Part shown: positions 1 through 14,100 of the stretch, one piece after another
Layout: every line of letters begins with the position of its first letter
How positions within the stretch are numbered: the stretch's first letter is position 1
Origin: Tubulanus polymorphus
Lineage: Eukaryota > Animalia > Nemertea
NCBI RefSeq assembly: GCF_964204645.1
Contig: NC_134026.1
Coordinates: forward strand, 28,368,150 to 28,432,149
DNA length: 64,000 nucleotides
Reading direction: 5' to 3'
Program-made: the position numbers and the translations under genes
Notes under the pieces: generated by a model
Seen by the model: the letters and a program-made list of their open reading frames with translations, nothing else
Told to the model about the DNA's origin: nothing
The model's database searches: none

Positions 1-40
1 CAATCAGAGCTTGATTCATTAAGTACCTACTTTTTTCTAG

Positions 41-3000
41 GTGATTTCGATCGAATAAAATATGCTGCTTACAGAACTTCTTTGAAGCTTATATATTTGC
101 AGAAAAAACTTCAACGTAAGTAGTTTTAATAAAACAGATGAAATTGGGAAAGTTCATGGTTACTTGTTTGTAAAATATTCGCCTACAGCAAAACAGTAAA
201 TACTTTACCCTACGTAGATAACAGCTTCACCGCTGTCACTTCACCATTAGCATACAGTACCAAGTATTTGACATTGCTTAGGCGAAAAATCTAGAAAACA
301 AATCAGGGAATTTGACAAATTTTGTAAAAATCCTGGAAAACTCTGGGAATTTGGATATGTTATTGACCATGTGTTTCTTTATCAATATGTGAATCAATGA
401 ATGAATTCTCTATCAGGGATTTTTGTGTAATCACATGGAAATTCAGGGGATTTGTAAATGGACAGAAAGAGGCCCCCCCCTGATTATAGTATGATTTATT
501 GTGTTTTTTTTTTTTCAGTTGATTTGTTTGATTTGCATACGATCACGGTAGTATTTGATAAACACAGATACACCGCGAGATCGATCGATGAAGCTCCGAT
601 GACGTGCGGTGAACTGGAGAATTTGTTGATCGATTTGTGTCGAAAGATTAAGAAAGATCGTTTATTACAGTTTGACGTTTCGTTGAACGCTGAATTGATT
701 TTGAACTGGATTCTGAATTTATACGACGTGTAAGTGGATCAATCGCATTTACCAGTCCATCTACTTGACTGGTAGATTGACATTAATCTCAGTGTTTCAG
801 AGTTAGTGAGCAAAACCCATAGATTGTATGATATTATATTTCAGGCATCGTACTGGAGCTATTCGGTCTCTATCGGTAATGATCGCTCTAGCCACACTAT
901 CAGCTGGACGATTAATCGAAAAATACAAGTGTGAGTAGGGTATATTTCAAACATTCGAGGGCAGGGCCCGGTTTTACGAAAACGTTCATGATGTGCTCAT
1001 TGAAAACATGAACTAACCAAAAGCAACTTAACTCGAAAATTTTAGCTTAATTTTCTCATAAAACTGCTCCGTGTTCATTTCATATTGTAAAATCCTTCCC
1101 CTTATATTGGGCAATTTTAAGCATTAAGTGTATAATTAGAAGTATCCAATTTTTTGCCCTCTTCCAGAATTCTCTTGATGCATATACATACTTATTGGAT
1201 GATCCCTTAATGAAAATGTATCAGTAAATCATTATTTGTGAAAGGGTTACCCTAATCTAGGATTTATAGATTTAATGTTATGTTCTGTTGATAATCCGAC
1301 AGTCGTTTATACGTAGCATTTTGCGGTATTTTCATTGTAGATTTTTTTCGACAAGCGAGTAGCAATGGAAACGTGATTGATAGGAAACGGTTCGGTATAT
1401 TTCTAAGAGATCTGATGCAGGTAAGAGGTGTATAGAGGTTTTGTACCACCCTCTGTTGCTGCCTGAGTTCATCATGATTTATTTATACTTGTATTTTTTT
1501 CAGCTTGTTGATCTGTTAAATGAATCTAGTCCATTTGGAGGTATGAGTGTAGGTGCAGCCGTTGATAACTGCTTTCAGAGGGTGAGATTTATTTCTGCGG
1601 TGACTTAAGATAAAACTCTAGATGAATTATGGTTCTTGCAGATTAGGGAATTCTAGTTATTTTTCCCATTAGGGAAATTCAAGGAATTGTGACTTCTTGA
1701 AGATCTGCAAATTTGAATTTTTGGTGATGAGTGGCACAAAGAATCTCTTGATTAGAAGCGGCCTCCACTGAGGAATTTTTGTCAAGGGTCAAGGAAAATC
1801 AGGAAATTTTGTATTCACTAATATGTATAAACCCTGACGTACCTGATAAATATTTTTAAGGTGGCGAATGGAATTGGTATCCATGAAGAAGCATTTCTCG
1901 ATTGGATGTTTGAGGAACCACAGACAATTGTATGGCTTCCAACGTTGCATAGAATAACCTCAGCTGAAACTGTCAAACACGATGTGAAATGTAAACTATG
2001 TAAAGTAAATCCAATCACTGGATTGAGGTTAGTGACTGAGAGATATCAAGTGATATTGTAGTATTTGTAATATTAGTAAATTGAAATGACTGGTCGCAAA
2101 ATGCCAAGTAATTGAAACAAATGAATTTTGATATACAGAATAATAATTGGAATGTAAATATGTACAAACAGAAAATAATATGATAACAATACCTAAATGT
2201 ATATGGAATTAGAAGCCTGAAGGACAGTGCTAGAATTCAATGGTAATGAATCGATCTCTGTAATTTGTATGGTTTTATTCTGTAGGTATCGATGTCTGAA
2301 ATGTTTCAATTTTGACATGTGTCAAACTTGTTTCTACACTGGACGCGTCAACAGTAAACACAAAGTCACTCATCCTACACAGGAATACTGTGTCTCTGTA
2401 AGATTCTTCACGCTTTCAATTTCCCTTATATATATACGTTAATTCAGTAGACTGTGCTAGCCTCGGATCTTGCGGGACCAATGAATTCTTTGCGAGGTAT
2501 GCGAATCAGAGCAGGGATGGGTCATTATCATGATGAATTCTACAAACTTTTATTGTAAAGTCCATGATTTCAGTAGGAAATTTGTAAATTGTCTGGGGCA
2601 CACGCGAATCAGAGGCAATCGGAGTCTACTGTATACGGTTTCTCACAGAAAATAGTTAAATGCTTCTTCATCATTACCTTTAATCAAAATATTTCAGACA
2701 ACATCGAAGGAAAACACAAAAGCTGTACTGAAAACAATACGCAATAATATCAGTAAAAAATACAAGAAGAAAATCAACAAGCCGAGCTATTTACCAATAA
2801 ATCAGAATACTGGTACGACAGCTCCTGCGGATGTCAGTTATGACTGGGATGATTTGTAAGTTTAAGCGCAGTGATGCCTTCCATATGAACTAAATTATGT
2901 CGGTTCCTAACCTGTCTGATTTTTGTTTTTGAAAGCGCACCTGATGGAGGAGGTGCAGGCAGTAACTCTGATTGCGGGTCCAGTTTAGCTGCTGGTGCTA

Positions 3001-5496
3001 ATGGTATGGATTTCGATGAATATTTTGGTAGCATCGAGAAATACGCAGAGAAAGAAAATATACCACACATTGATTTACAATTACAACAGCAGATACAACA
3101 AGTGAGTACAGTCAACCCCTGATAATGTCATCAACCCCACCTAATGCCAGGTTTTCTCTGAGAACAGAGAATCTGTATTTTGTCTTTGAACTAGTCAAAA
3201 TTCGACCCGATATACCGACATACTCTCTATACCACTGAAATTCTGAATCACCGATGTGGACAGTATATCAGGAGTTGACAGAAATCAATGACAGATTTTC
3301 ACTTTTTTTGCATTTGCTGCTTTCACTGTTCAGTTTTTATCACTTCGTTTTTGCATGCGTATTTCATTTAGACTAGTTTCACTCCCCCACCACAACTATC
3401 GAGTAAACCTATGCCGGTAGGTCAACGAAATGAACTTGAAAGCATCATTGGTCATTTAGAGGATGAAAACAGGTACTGGTTGAATCAAATCTTTGGTAGA
3501 GAGTTCAAATAGAGGAAAATCCATAGTAGCAAAAACCGAACAAACTTTCAGGAGTTACATTTCATCGAATAAAATCCTGTATCAACTCCTCAAATTTTTC
3601 ACAATTATCTCATTTTCACAGGGACCTGTTGGACGAGATTGAGCGTTTACACGATATCTCGTACGAAGAGCCATCTACCGTGGATAGCCGCGTCGAAAAC
3701 GAACGCGTCAAAGTTTTACAGAAACAGAAAGATCACCTCGAAGCCAAACAAGAGATTTTAGAGTCATACAATCAGCGACTCGAGAAACAAGTCAGTCGTT
3801 TAAAGACATTACTTCAACAGGTAATGATAATAATAGTAGTTATGATGATTATGATTATTTATCATTTTAAAGCGCTGAACATGGAAACAATTCACAAAAT
3901 CTATTTTGAAAAGTGACTCATCAAAAACTCTTTGAATAAATAATGTCTTTGTAAGCACATTTAAAATACTCCAATGGTCTGTTTCGGATATGAGGTGAAA
4001 TGGTAGAAATCTTGAAAAATTGGACTCTGTTCAACAAAGCAGTTTGATAAGAGAAGCTTTATTTACTATTGATAGGGTTTACTTGATAGTATTTTGAATT
4101 CAGAATGTTTATGACTGTCTTTGATCATTTTAAGAATGAAGAATCTCGGAAAGGCAACGCTGTAACATACAACAGCGGTGCTGGTGCTGCTGCTGGTGCT
4201 GGTGCTGCTGCTGCTGCGGGGAGTACGCTGAATAATGTCGATTTGACAATAACGCGGCCACCGTTATCTTCACCTCAGAGAATACTAGTTGATCCACCTC
4301 CTTATCAGTCGCAATCAGCTCGGTTTAAACCACCGTTCGTTCGTAATCTCGACGGAATGATGGCGATCAGTACCCCGAAAGTCAACGTCATTCCAACAAC
4401 GAACATTCCATTAAGTGATTTACGAACGCCGATGTTCGCGAGTCCCGTCGAGATCGATGATTATCGCGAGGATCGGTTTTACGAGTTCGACACTTTTGGA
4501 ACGAGCGCGCCGAGTGATCTGATGAGTCGAACGAGGTTTAATATTCCATCGATGGTTCAATCGTGTTGTAACCCGGAGGAAGAGGCTGAATTACAGTATC
4601 TAATGGAACAGTTACAAACTGATATTCCCCAAAATATATCTCAAACAGGTTAGTTTACTCTGGGAACATTGTCTTCGTAATGGCAAATTTCTGTTATGAT
4701 CATTTACAATAGGGTCGATGATGATTTTAAGAATATTTGAACGAGTGCCCAATATCTACAATGAATGATCAGTAACACTCATAACAGCCATAACCAAACA
4801 AACACAACAGTGTTCATTCATCCTTCAAATGTTGTATATATGTGAAATCACAATTACTGAAAATCACAAATACAGTCGATCGATTTCAAGGTACATTACC
4901 TCCTTTTCAAGAGAGGCAGTATAATATGGTTGCTTCGAACCTCAGCATAATAAAGTATTATTTTTAAGGTATACAAACTTTTAACAAAAATCATCTTACT
5001 GAGGACAATTATTACACCTAGCCTATATTTCTGCGTATCAGTCCCTGGAAGAAGTGACATTCTAACTACTAGTGTTCAGAAGTCATGTTACCATTTGCTG
5101 CTGGGTAGAGAGAGGCAATGAAGATAAATTGTGTGTTGCTTAGCGACACTACAGTGAAGTTTTAGGTTTAAACCCATGACCAGGGGCCAGTTGCACAGTC
5201 GGGACTTAAGTCCAAAAGTGGTCTTAAATCTTAAGTTTGGTCTTAAGTTGTTAGATTAGCTATAGAACTAAGTTGGTCTTAGACTGGTCTTAAGTCTATA
5301 AAGCCATGACTATGCAACCGGCCCCTGGCATTCAGTGAAATGCCTGAACAACTCGCCCACATTCTTCCATTCCTGATCTTGTCGTATTTCTGTCGTTACA
5401 GCTGCTGAAGACGCCCCTAGAGCGAGCAACATGTATGAATTAACAAACCAGATCGGCGGTGCAATGTCCGAATTCGTTGGTGCTATTCACAAATAA
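41..5496 (+). CDS. Dystrotelin-like dystrophin/dystrobrevin-family protein (EF-hands, ZZ zinc finger, coiled coils); 5' end lies outside the window
   Basis: 13 phase-compatible GT-AG exons: 41-115, 519-729, 845-930, 1341-1420, 1504-1581, 1861-2027, 2286-2397, 2698-2855, 2936-3101, 3372-3472, 3622-3820, 4135-4648, 5402-5496 (TAA). Motifs: [65 protein letters not shown] (ZZ), [14 protein letters not shown] (coiled coil). WLPT, PITGLRYRCLKC and [12 protein letters not shown] resemble vertebrate dystrotelin (recalled, not aligned). Confidence 0.9.
962..1070. mobile_element. Degenerate MITE-like element in an intron
   Basis: Imperfect terminal inverted repeats: cagggcccggttttacgaaaa ... ttctcataaaactgctcc. 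Similar termini at about 22867 and 45240. Confidence 0.4.
2445..2631. mobile_element. Tc1/pogo(Tigger)-type MITE
   Basis: Ends cagtagactgtgctagcctc ... gaggcaatcggagtctactg followed by TA. CAGT termini are typical of Tc1/mariner/pogo derivatives. Confidence 0.6.
3109..3281. mobile_element. Tc1/pogo(Tigger)-type MITE
   Basis: TA then cagtcaacccctgata ... tatcaggagttgacag, an imperfect 16-bp terminal inverted repeat, just after an exon donor. Confidence 0.6.
5086..5360 (-). mobile_element. tRNA-derived SINE remnant interrupted by a MITE
   Basis: On the minus strand: A-box-like gtgggcgagttgtt, B-box-like gggtttaaacct, then a CORE-like body gtgtcgctaagcaacacac...cattgcctctctctacccagcagcaaatggtaac. 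The MITE at 5180-5328 lies between the A and B boxes. Confidence 0.55.
5180..5328. mobile_element. PIF/Harbinger-like MITE
   Basis: 21-bp inverted ends ccaggggccagttgcacagtc / gactatgcaaccggcccctgg (19/21 match), CWG at the termini, internal tggtctta repeats. Diverged copies at about 32220-32300 and 36280-36382. Confidence 0.75.
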
Positions 5497-6672
5497 CTTT
5501 AAAATACTTAATCGCCACAGAGTAAATATGATAAACCAAAGGAAAAAAGATCTAAATTCTTTTTTAATGAAATGTAAAGTGATATCTTCACATGATTGAT
5601 ATGTGAATAAATGTATTATTGACATATGTATAGTCATTTACTATTATATAATCTCATAATGTATGATGATGTATTTTCGATGTGCTTACCAGTATTATAG
5701 TAAATTGTTTGTATCGATATAAAGTAGAATCGTAAAAATGTAATTACATCACGTTCGTCAATGACAGTAATTTATACTAATTGTTTATAGTATGTTTTAA
5801 GCCTGATTAGATGACGGTAGTACTGAGGATGATTGAATTGTGATTAATAATAAATGTCTACAAAACCGTTCCCACCACTGCCAATTTAGTATCTGATTCG
5901 TCCAAAGATGTTTTTAATCAAGTTGATAATTCGTTTATTCACCAATATGTGAAAAGTGCCAAAATTGAAGCCAATGTTTTTTTCGACTGCTTCCTGGGCA
6001 AATCATGCTTCGAAATTTGTATTTCTAAATTCCAAGCTAAAAAATATCCGAGTATAAAACAGTGATTGGAACAAGAGACTTATCATTTCTAATGTTTCAA
6101 TTTTCTATCGGAATAGACACAAGTGCAATAGACATTTTTATTAATCGCATGTAGTTAACAGGGATTGTACTTGATGTTGAAACTCAAAGAGTAGATAGTA
6201 CTTTTTCATTCCTGAAATTCTTGAATAAGTAAACATGTTTGTATACGTCGATATTAGCGGAAAGACCACTTCAACGAATTGAATTTTCAGGTCTGAATTG
6301 GCATATTGTCTGTATGCTAATATTTCTGCACGTCCCCCATATAATCCCGGGCGTTCAAGTCAAAATATCCTTTTGTAATAACGATAAAAGCTCAGAAGTT
6401 TTTAGACTGGTAATTTTTCTGTGGAAACGATTGTTATTTACATTATCTGTGTACAAGGCTGATCCATTTTTAACGTTTTATTGAATCAGTGGCGCAGACT
6501 GTGACTGTCACAATGGTTTTATTATCTCGTACAAATATTATGGAATTTCTAGCTTTTATGCACGCTGCCAGTACAAGTATTTTATTATGTATGTTTTATC
6601 AATAAGGTTTCTGTTTTGGTAAAGGGGAACGGCTCCTAAAATGCTTAGATTAGCCTTATTGATTTTTAACTT

Positions 6673-6829
<157 letters not shown>

Positions 6830-6845
6830 CAAAATTATTATTAAA

Positions 6846-7401
<556 letters not shown>

Positions 7402-7895
7402 GACATTTAGCTCATTCTTTGAACTGAAATAGTAATCCTGCCAACGACACTCCTTAAATTTATTTAGAACTATTCGTGTCATCTCTCTTCATTTGATCAA
7501 TAAGAGTTTAACGTGTAACTGAATATAAATACTACAAAGAACCAGCATTTATCGCACCTGAATCGAGTGTTTAGATTGTAATGTTTCAAGCGTTTTGCCA
7601 GGTGGAGACCTTGTGTCCGAGAATTTAGAGAGATTTTTGAATGAACGAATTTAGAAGTACGCGATTTACATTGAGCGCTCCTTTACTTTCTATATTTTTG
7701 TAATACTCAATTCATACACTTCAATAAATACTACTTGATCGAGAAGTGTTCATGATGTGAATTTTTAAAGATTCCGTGTCACAAAAACATGTTTGTATCA
7801 GTGATTCTTTTTGATATTTGTAATAAAATCATTTATTAAGAGAATTGAACGCATTTCTGGTGATTTTTCCTGCAGCGAAGGAGCAGAATTAAACA

Positions 7896-7990
7896 GGATT
7901 CGAACCTAGCCGAAGTAGTCGGCTTGTAGATTTGGGTTTTTCCAATCCCGGAAGTAATAGTTTTCGGTATAAAACCCAGATGGCGTAACG
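7896..7990 (+). promoter_or_regulatory. Probable core promoter of the Ig-domain gene
   Basis: ETS motif ccggaagt (7948-7955), tataaaa (about 7968) and YY1-like cagatggcg (about 7977), 120-200 bp upstream of the ATG at 8105. Locally CpG-rich. Confidence 0.5.
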
Positions 7991-8104
7991 TGGAAGCGTT
8001 GGTGTCAGTGAAGTCAGTTATGAAGTCGCCGGTACCTGCTGAATGTCATGGTTTGGTTATCGTTTTATATGCCGGCTTTCCTTCCAAGTGATTACAAAAT
8101 AACG

Positions 8105-11100
8105 ATGAAAAACCTATTAAGGATATTATCTGTGATACATGTATTGTTGGTTTACAGTGGTAAGTACAATTGTTAACGCTATTTTACACTTTCTTTTCAT
8201 CAAATCAAATGAATCCTTAGTTCATTCATTTTTTTTCAAGTAAAAGTGTGAAATCAATGTAAGTTTTGTATAGCCCAGGTATACTAATATCTCGATGGTA
8301 TAATTCAATGTTGGGCGGTTGCCTACTCTAGCCTATTAGTAGTGTCGGCATAGACTACCGGTAGATATTCCAGTAGATCAGCTTTTTAGCAAGCAAACCC
8401 TGATGTCGACGTGCCTGGGCTGACTGAGGGTGCTCATTTTTTACCAGAAGGTAGAGGGTAGAGAGTAAGACTTGCTCTGATTTCCCATAACTAGTCCTGT
8501 TCTAAGCCTAAGGGGTGTTATTTTCAAAAATATAAACCGTTGAAAGGCGCGAAGTGTTTGGATATTTTTCCTGGACTCAGTTTCACAAAAAGGATGAATC
8601 CTAAATGGATTTAAGATCAATAGAATTGATGAAGAAATTAAAGTTAAATCTTTTTGTGAAACTGAATCCAGAAATTCGTCATTGGATGATTGGTATTTTT
8701 TAAGTATCAATGCTGTTAGCCCTGCTGCCCCAGCCCTAGCTGGGCCTGTCGGTGTCAATCCAGGGTTAAAGCTAATTGGAAGATGATTTAGGGCACTGTG
8801 AAATAAAGGCGCTTCCTTTAGACCTATCCACACAATTTTGAAATTTTAGGTTTATTTTTTGGCATTCAGAGTGTTTTTAGAGATTAACATATGATGTCAA
8901 ATGTGCCGTCAAAAATATGGCGGTCAAAATTTCAAAGGGCACTTGACCGTATTGGGCCAGTAATAGACTGGATCTGTGCCCGCTAGTACTTATAAACGTA
9001 TTGTACGGAAATGTGTTTTATGTGTCACAGATTTGGTCATCACAGCTCCACAGACACAGCACCAAGATCTGAACGTCCACGTCAATTTTGGTATTGAATT
9101 TCTGGTCGATTTTCGTCAATGTTCAGAAAATGCTTGTCTTACACCCGAGCAGCGATTTACTGTTACAAGCATTATGTAATAGCGGTTGAATCGGTTAAAT
9201 AAGGTCTATCACAGTCTACATCACACCTGGGCTTAAAACGTGCCTGGACTGTGAATACATGATACATGTCGATAAGGTACCACACGCAAAGTTCACTTGC
9301 ATCTAATCATATAATCTATCGCTAATAGTTATTATTACATATCTGATAAATTGGAATATTCTGTTAGAGTAACTGATGAATTGATGATATCAGCAGAAGA
9401 AATGTTTATGGTACCTTACTGTATTGTATTGTATTGTATTGTGTTATGAAGCCTCGGGGCCCGATACATTGCTAATACTCTGTGGTATCTAATAACTATC
9501 AATTTAGTAATGATTTGTCACGCGTATAGACAGATCAGTACTGTTCTGTACCTGTGGTCACTGTGGTTACAGAGTTTCTACTCCGTGCTATCTTTTTGAC
9601 TGCATGCTTGTACACGCTTCATATGCATTCTGATGGGAATTAATTTCAAAAGAAATGTTATTATTAGGGCATGAATCTATACTGAATCTTGCCTGAATTT
9701 TGAAGGCATTTTCTCAATGTCATTCTTCACATATGAATGTGTATGCATTACGAGATATGAGATCAATGTTCTTTCTGTTAGTTCGTCCGATAGATAGGAG
9801 TTGAATAACGCACTTTCCTTTTTAAAGTCGGATGTTTGTTATAGATACTCTCTCTATCTCTTGGTATGTTTCATTGTTGCACAGGTAGCGAACTGTTCTG
9901 AAAAGGCTGAATCATAACGAGTTCATAGATTGTAAAAATTGACAATGTCCCGTCAAAAATCTATACCCTACATCGACGATATTGATATTGACACAATTTC
10001 TGTCATTATTATAAAAAATGTTTAGTAGGATTTGAACATATGTATGCATTACTCATATGGTCATGTTACGCACATATGGTGTTGACATAACTGGATCTAG
10101 GGTCACAAATAGTCAATACAGGCTTTCTAACACTGCAACTGAATATCACCCTATCATTAGGCCCGATAGACAATTAAAATCTAAAATGTAAATCTAAAAT
10201 TTCAGCGGATATTCAATGAATAGTGTTATATCGAATATTCAGTCCACACTTCAATATATCGAAAACCAATAGATTAAGATTACACATGTTTTTGCGATTA
10301 CCACGAGATGTTGTTTGTGACAGTTGTTACCATGGTAACAGTAATTGTCCTGAAATCTGTGCGAGGAGAACTGACTGATGGATATGAAAAATCGATTGCT
10401 GAATTTTGCATTCGTCCAGATGTTGTTATTTTCAGCTATTTTTGCTGTGTCACTTGTCTGGCCTCTCTTCTTTTTTAATGTCTGCTATTAATCCATCTAT
10501 TCATTACAGAAATAATCCAATTACTTGCGTACTTTGATACTCTGACCTTTCGAACCCCTTCTAAAGACCGGAAAATTCCTTTTTGTACCAGTACGAATAT
10601 TTACTTTATGCATATCTTGTTATGTCTTCTGTTTGTAGGTAATGTGAATGGGCTCGGATTTGAATGGAATCCTGGCGTGGCAGTGGGTGAAACTCTAACT
10701 ATGAGATGTTATGTAAGTAAACAAACCAACCGTGAACCCTCCTCAAGTCTGTCGCCGCGAATATTTCCCATATTGCACTCTCCTCCCCTACCATCGATTC
10801 TGGTGGTCTAGAATTATTTTTTCGCAATTTGATTACGTTCGGGATATTAATTTCAAAGAACTATCGATCTCCAACCGACATTTATTGCCTGAATTCTTTT
10901 TCAGATAGGAATGTAATTATTATCGGCGGTTTTCGAAATTCGTAAATCTTCCTTTTTTTACTTCGATCGTTATTATTCAGACATTTGTGAATAGAAACTT
11001 CATGTATTTCACACACCGGGTATGAGAGAGTGAGAGAGAGGAGGTATACACCTTACAGCAGTGGAAACAAAAAGTGCAGTGAAGCGTTTAAACTAAAGTC

Positions 11101-14100
11101 TATAGCTGTTCAGTGTGCCCTATGTACTTACTAGATGCAGAAACAATAGAATAGCGCTATAAATAATGTTGATTGTTTTCTGCAGCCTGGAGCAGATCTT
11201 TCACCAGTAATCACGGCGTGAAAATTATCCAGTTATTTTTTATTCGGGGGTCTTGAATGCTCACCTTTCTATGAAACAGCTTGTTAGTTCACCTGACTTT
11301 CGTTATTTAAGGGTTAGTTAGCGTTTTTTTTTTCTGTTTTTACATTCAGACTTCAACGTTGTTAAGAATCTTTTTCTGTTTGAGGTTATTAACGAAGGTA
11401 TGAGGTTTTTTTCGTGGTAGATCAAATAATTTTGGATAGACTTTAGAAGATGTATATCTACCCAGATACAGACTTCAGTAATGTATGAAAGTTTCATATC
11501 ATTTGGAATAATTTTGTAATGTGAGTATTTATCCTACTTGCAATGAATATCAGAATTACTCAAAATCCACTTGAAATATCGATATTAAGCTGCACGGACT
11601 CGAATAACCGTAAACCATGCAAGCAGATCATTTTCATGTTCGATTTAGAAAACTTTGTATCTGTTGTGGGTATCAGCTCTTACGGGGTTATGGGTGAGTC
11701 TAAATACAGTGTTTTAAGTAACGTACTGGATTTCACGGGGATTGAAGAAGTAATGGTTTACATACCAACCTCATTGAACTCTTATCATTGTACTTAAGAA
11801 TGGTATTATCGGCGGGAGAGTGTAAATTTGCGCCCTTGAACGTCTGCCAGGATATATCATGAATGGAACAAGTAGAGGTGGGGTGATGTGATACCTTCAG
11901 GTCTCCCCCAACTTTCTCAGCAAGTACCGCAGGCCCGAGGTTATTACTGTTAAACATTTAGTAAACGATTCCATTAACATCATTACATTTCAACTGATTA
12001 AGAGTTAATTTTATCTACTAGAGATTCGAGCAGATTTAGAGATATCTGCAATCTTTGAAAGTGAAGCACACGAGTTTAATGTCAGTATCATATGGGTTAG
12101 GTTGATTATATATCTCTCTGTACATGCATAATGATACTTCCTGTGTTAATTGGTCGTGGAAGTAATTCGTAAAGTAATCAACTATGATTGACGTACGTGA
12201 TATCAATAAGCTACTGAGGTCAAACTCTTGTCTCCCCGTCAGGCCACTGATCGGTTCAAACCAGGTCCGTAATGCTGTTTGTCTGGACCTAGAACTTTAA
12301 AGTCGGTCTTGAAATAGTTCGTTGATTACATTTACAGCAGTTATATTCATTATCCTCGGCAGTACGTTGTCTGTACGTGGTATATAGATCATATAGATCG
12401 ATGTTACAGATTCAAATGTATATTTATAAAGTGGAATTCCACCTGATGATGCCTGCGAGAAGTAGTTTCAATAAATCGTTTGGGGTTTTTCACGAATTTT
12501 TATCGCAGGATTTCCCTTTCGCGTAGATCAGTACGATCGGTAGTAGGCTCATGATTGCGCAAGAACTCGAAATCACGGAAAAAAATTTTTGATACGGTTA
12601 GCAGTAAAGAGGAGAGCAACGATTCTCTTGAACCTGACAAATTTACAGCTAGATTACTAATATGTGTGAGGCTTCAAAGGTCTGCGGTATCTGTGAGCGG
12701 GTAGAGATACATTTAAAACGCTACTCCTCAGTCTGTCTGCTGTGGCCTTTCCTCGATATGTATTTCTAGAAGCAAGGAGTGTTCTTTAGTCCTATAAATA
12801 TTTATTTTATGTAGGAGTAAGGAAGCACGCCGGGTTGATATCTTCATTCAGTATTCTTCGCCCTATTATTACGCATTCTTATGCCTACTCCTCCACTCCA
12901 TCCTTCAACTTTGATTCGCATATATAGAATTGTAAAAAATACACGATTCATTTATGAATCAACAAATTGAATAACAACATTTTTTCCTAGCGTGTTAAGG
13001 TATGAGGGCTCGATTTGAGATATGCTGGTGCTTCGCGTTGTATAATATACGTACATTAATTGCTGTAATTTATGGAAAAAGTCGGTAAAATAATTGGATA
13101 ATGATATCTGTGTCTATTATGACAACCACAAAATGTCATATGAATATATACACCACCTGCGACCTATAATATCTCTTCAATTATCTTATCTACATGTTTT
13201 TAGTATTTGATCTGATAAGGTAGATTTTTGACACATTTTTTGGTGCTGTATAAGTAGTCTCTAGATCGTCTTATCAATTTAATCTTATTCACTGAATGTT
13301 GTAATCTGATGCAGAGCTCTTTGAATAGCTGTACCCAATCCAAATGATATCACCCTAAATAAAATCCAACATTTTTTGAATGAAATTTTATGCATGGTTG
13401 TAGGCCTATATATAACCTTGTTGTTCACTATAGATAACGTTTAGAAGAGTTCTTCACCTCAAAATCTACTGGATTTGTTTGCGTTGTGGGCTTTGTGAAG
13501 TTTTTTATTTTTGAAATGTGGGATGATTTGGCTCGGAATAATGATAGTTATTAGTAGGAGGTACTCGTGATTCAATGGATCTGCACGTGTCCCGACTCCT
13601 ACTCACATCTGAAATCTGATTTTGTTTTGTCGCGAACGGTTCACAAAAATCTGTTTCGAAATAACACACACGTACAGTATGAATGTACCCATATATTGTG
13701 TACAAAGTGCGGGGCATAAAATTACTTCAGCCTATTGACAGTGATTCCACTACTCGGAGAGCTGCCAAAATTATGTATCTGAAAAAAGTTTATCGTTGCC
13801 GTTTTTTATTGTAAAGAATGAATAGAATGGTATTTTAATATAAATATATATCATGGCGTATTCTAGAATCTGGCACCACCTCCCTGATTGGTATTTCTAT
13901 GTTGGAGACTTCGGTTTGCATTCTTGAAATGTCGTAGCTTAATAAGGTTCATCAGATATGTTCACACATTTCTCTCCATTCATATGATCGATTACATTGA
14001 AAATCTAGTCAAAAATGTCAGCAAATTCCTTACATAGTATATGAATTTTCCTGTTGACTGAATCCATTTGGGAGCTAGTTCCAGGACTTAATAATGTTGA

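Noticed and set aside
7880-7960. Possible tRNA gene around the B box
   Set aside because: No acceptor stem or anticodon arm can be formed.
8441-8833. 130-aa minus-strand ORF in intron 1 of the Ig gene
   Set aside because: Non-ATG start, no recognisable domain, no splice partners.
11733-12290. Two stop-free minus-strand stretches in intron 2 of the Ig gene
   Set aside because: No recognisable domain and no consistent exon chain; compatible with chance or decayed repeats.
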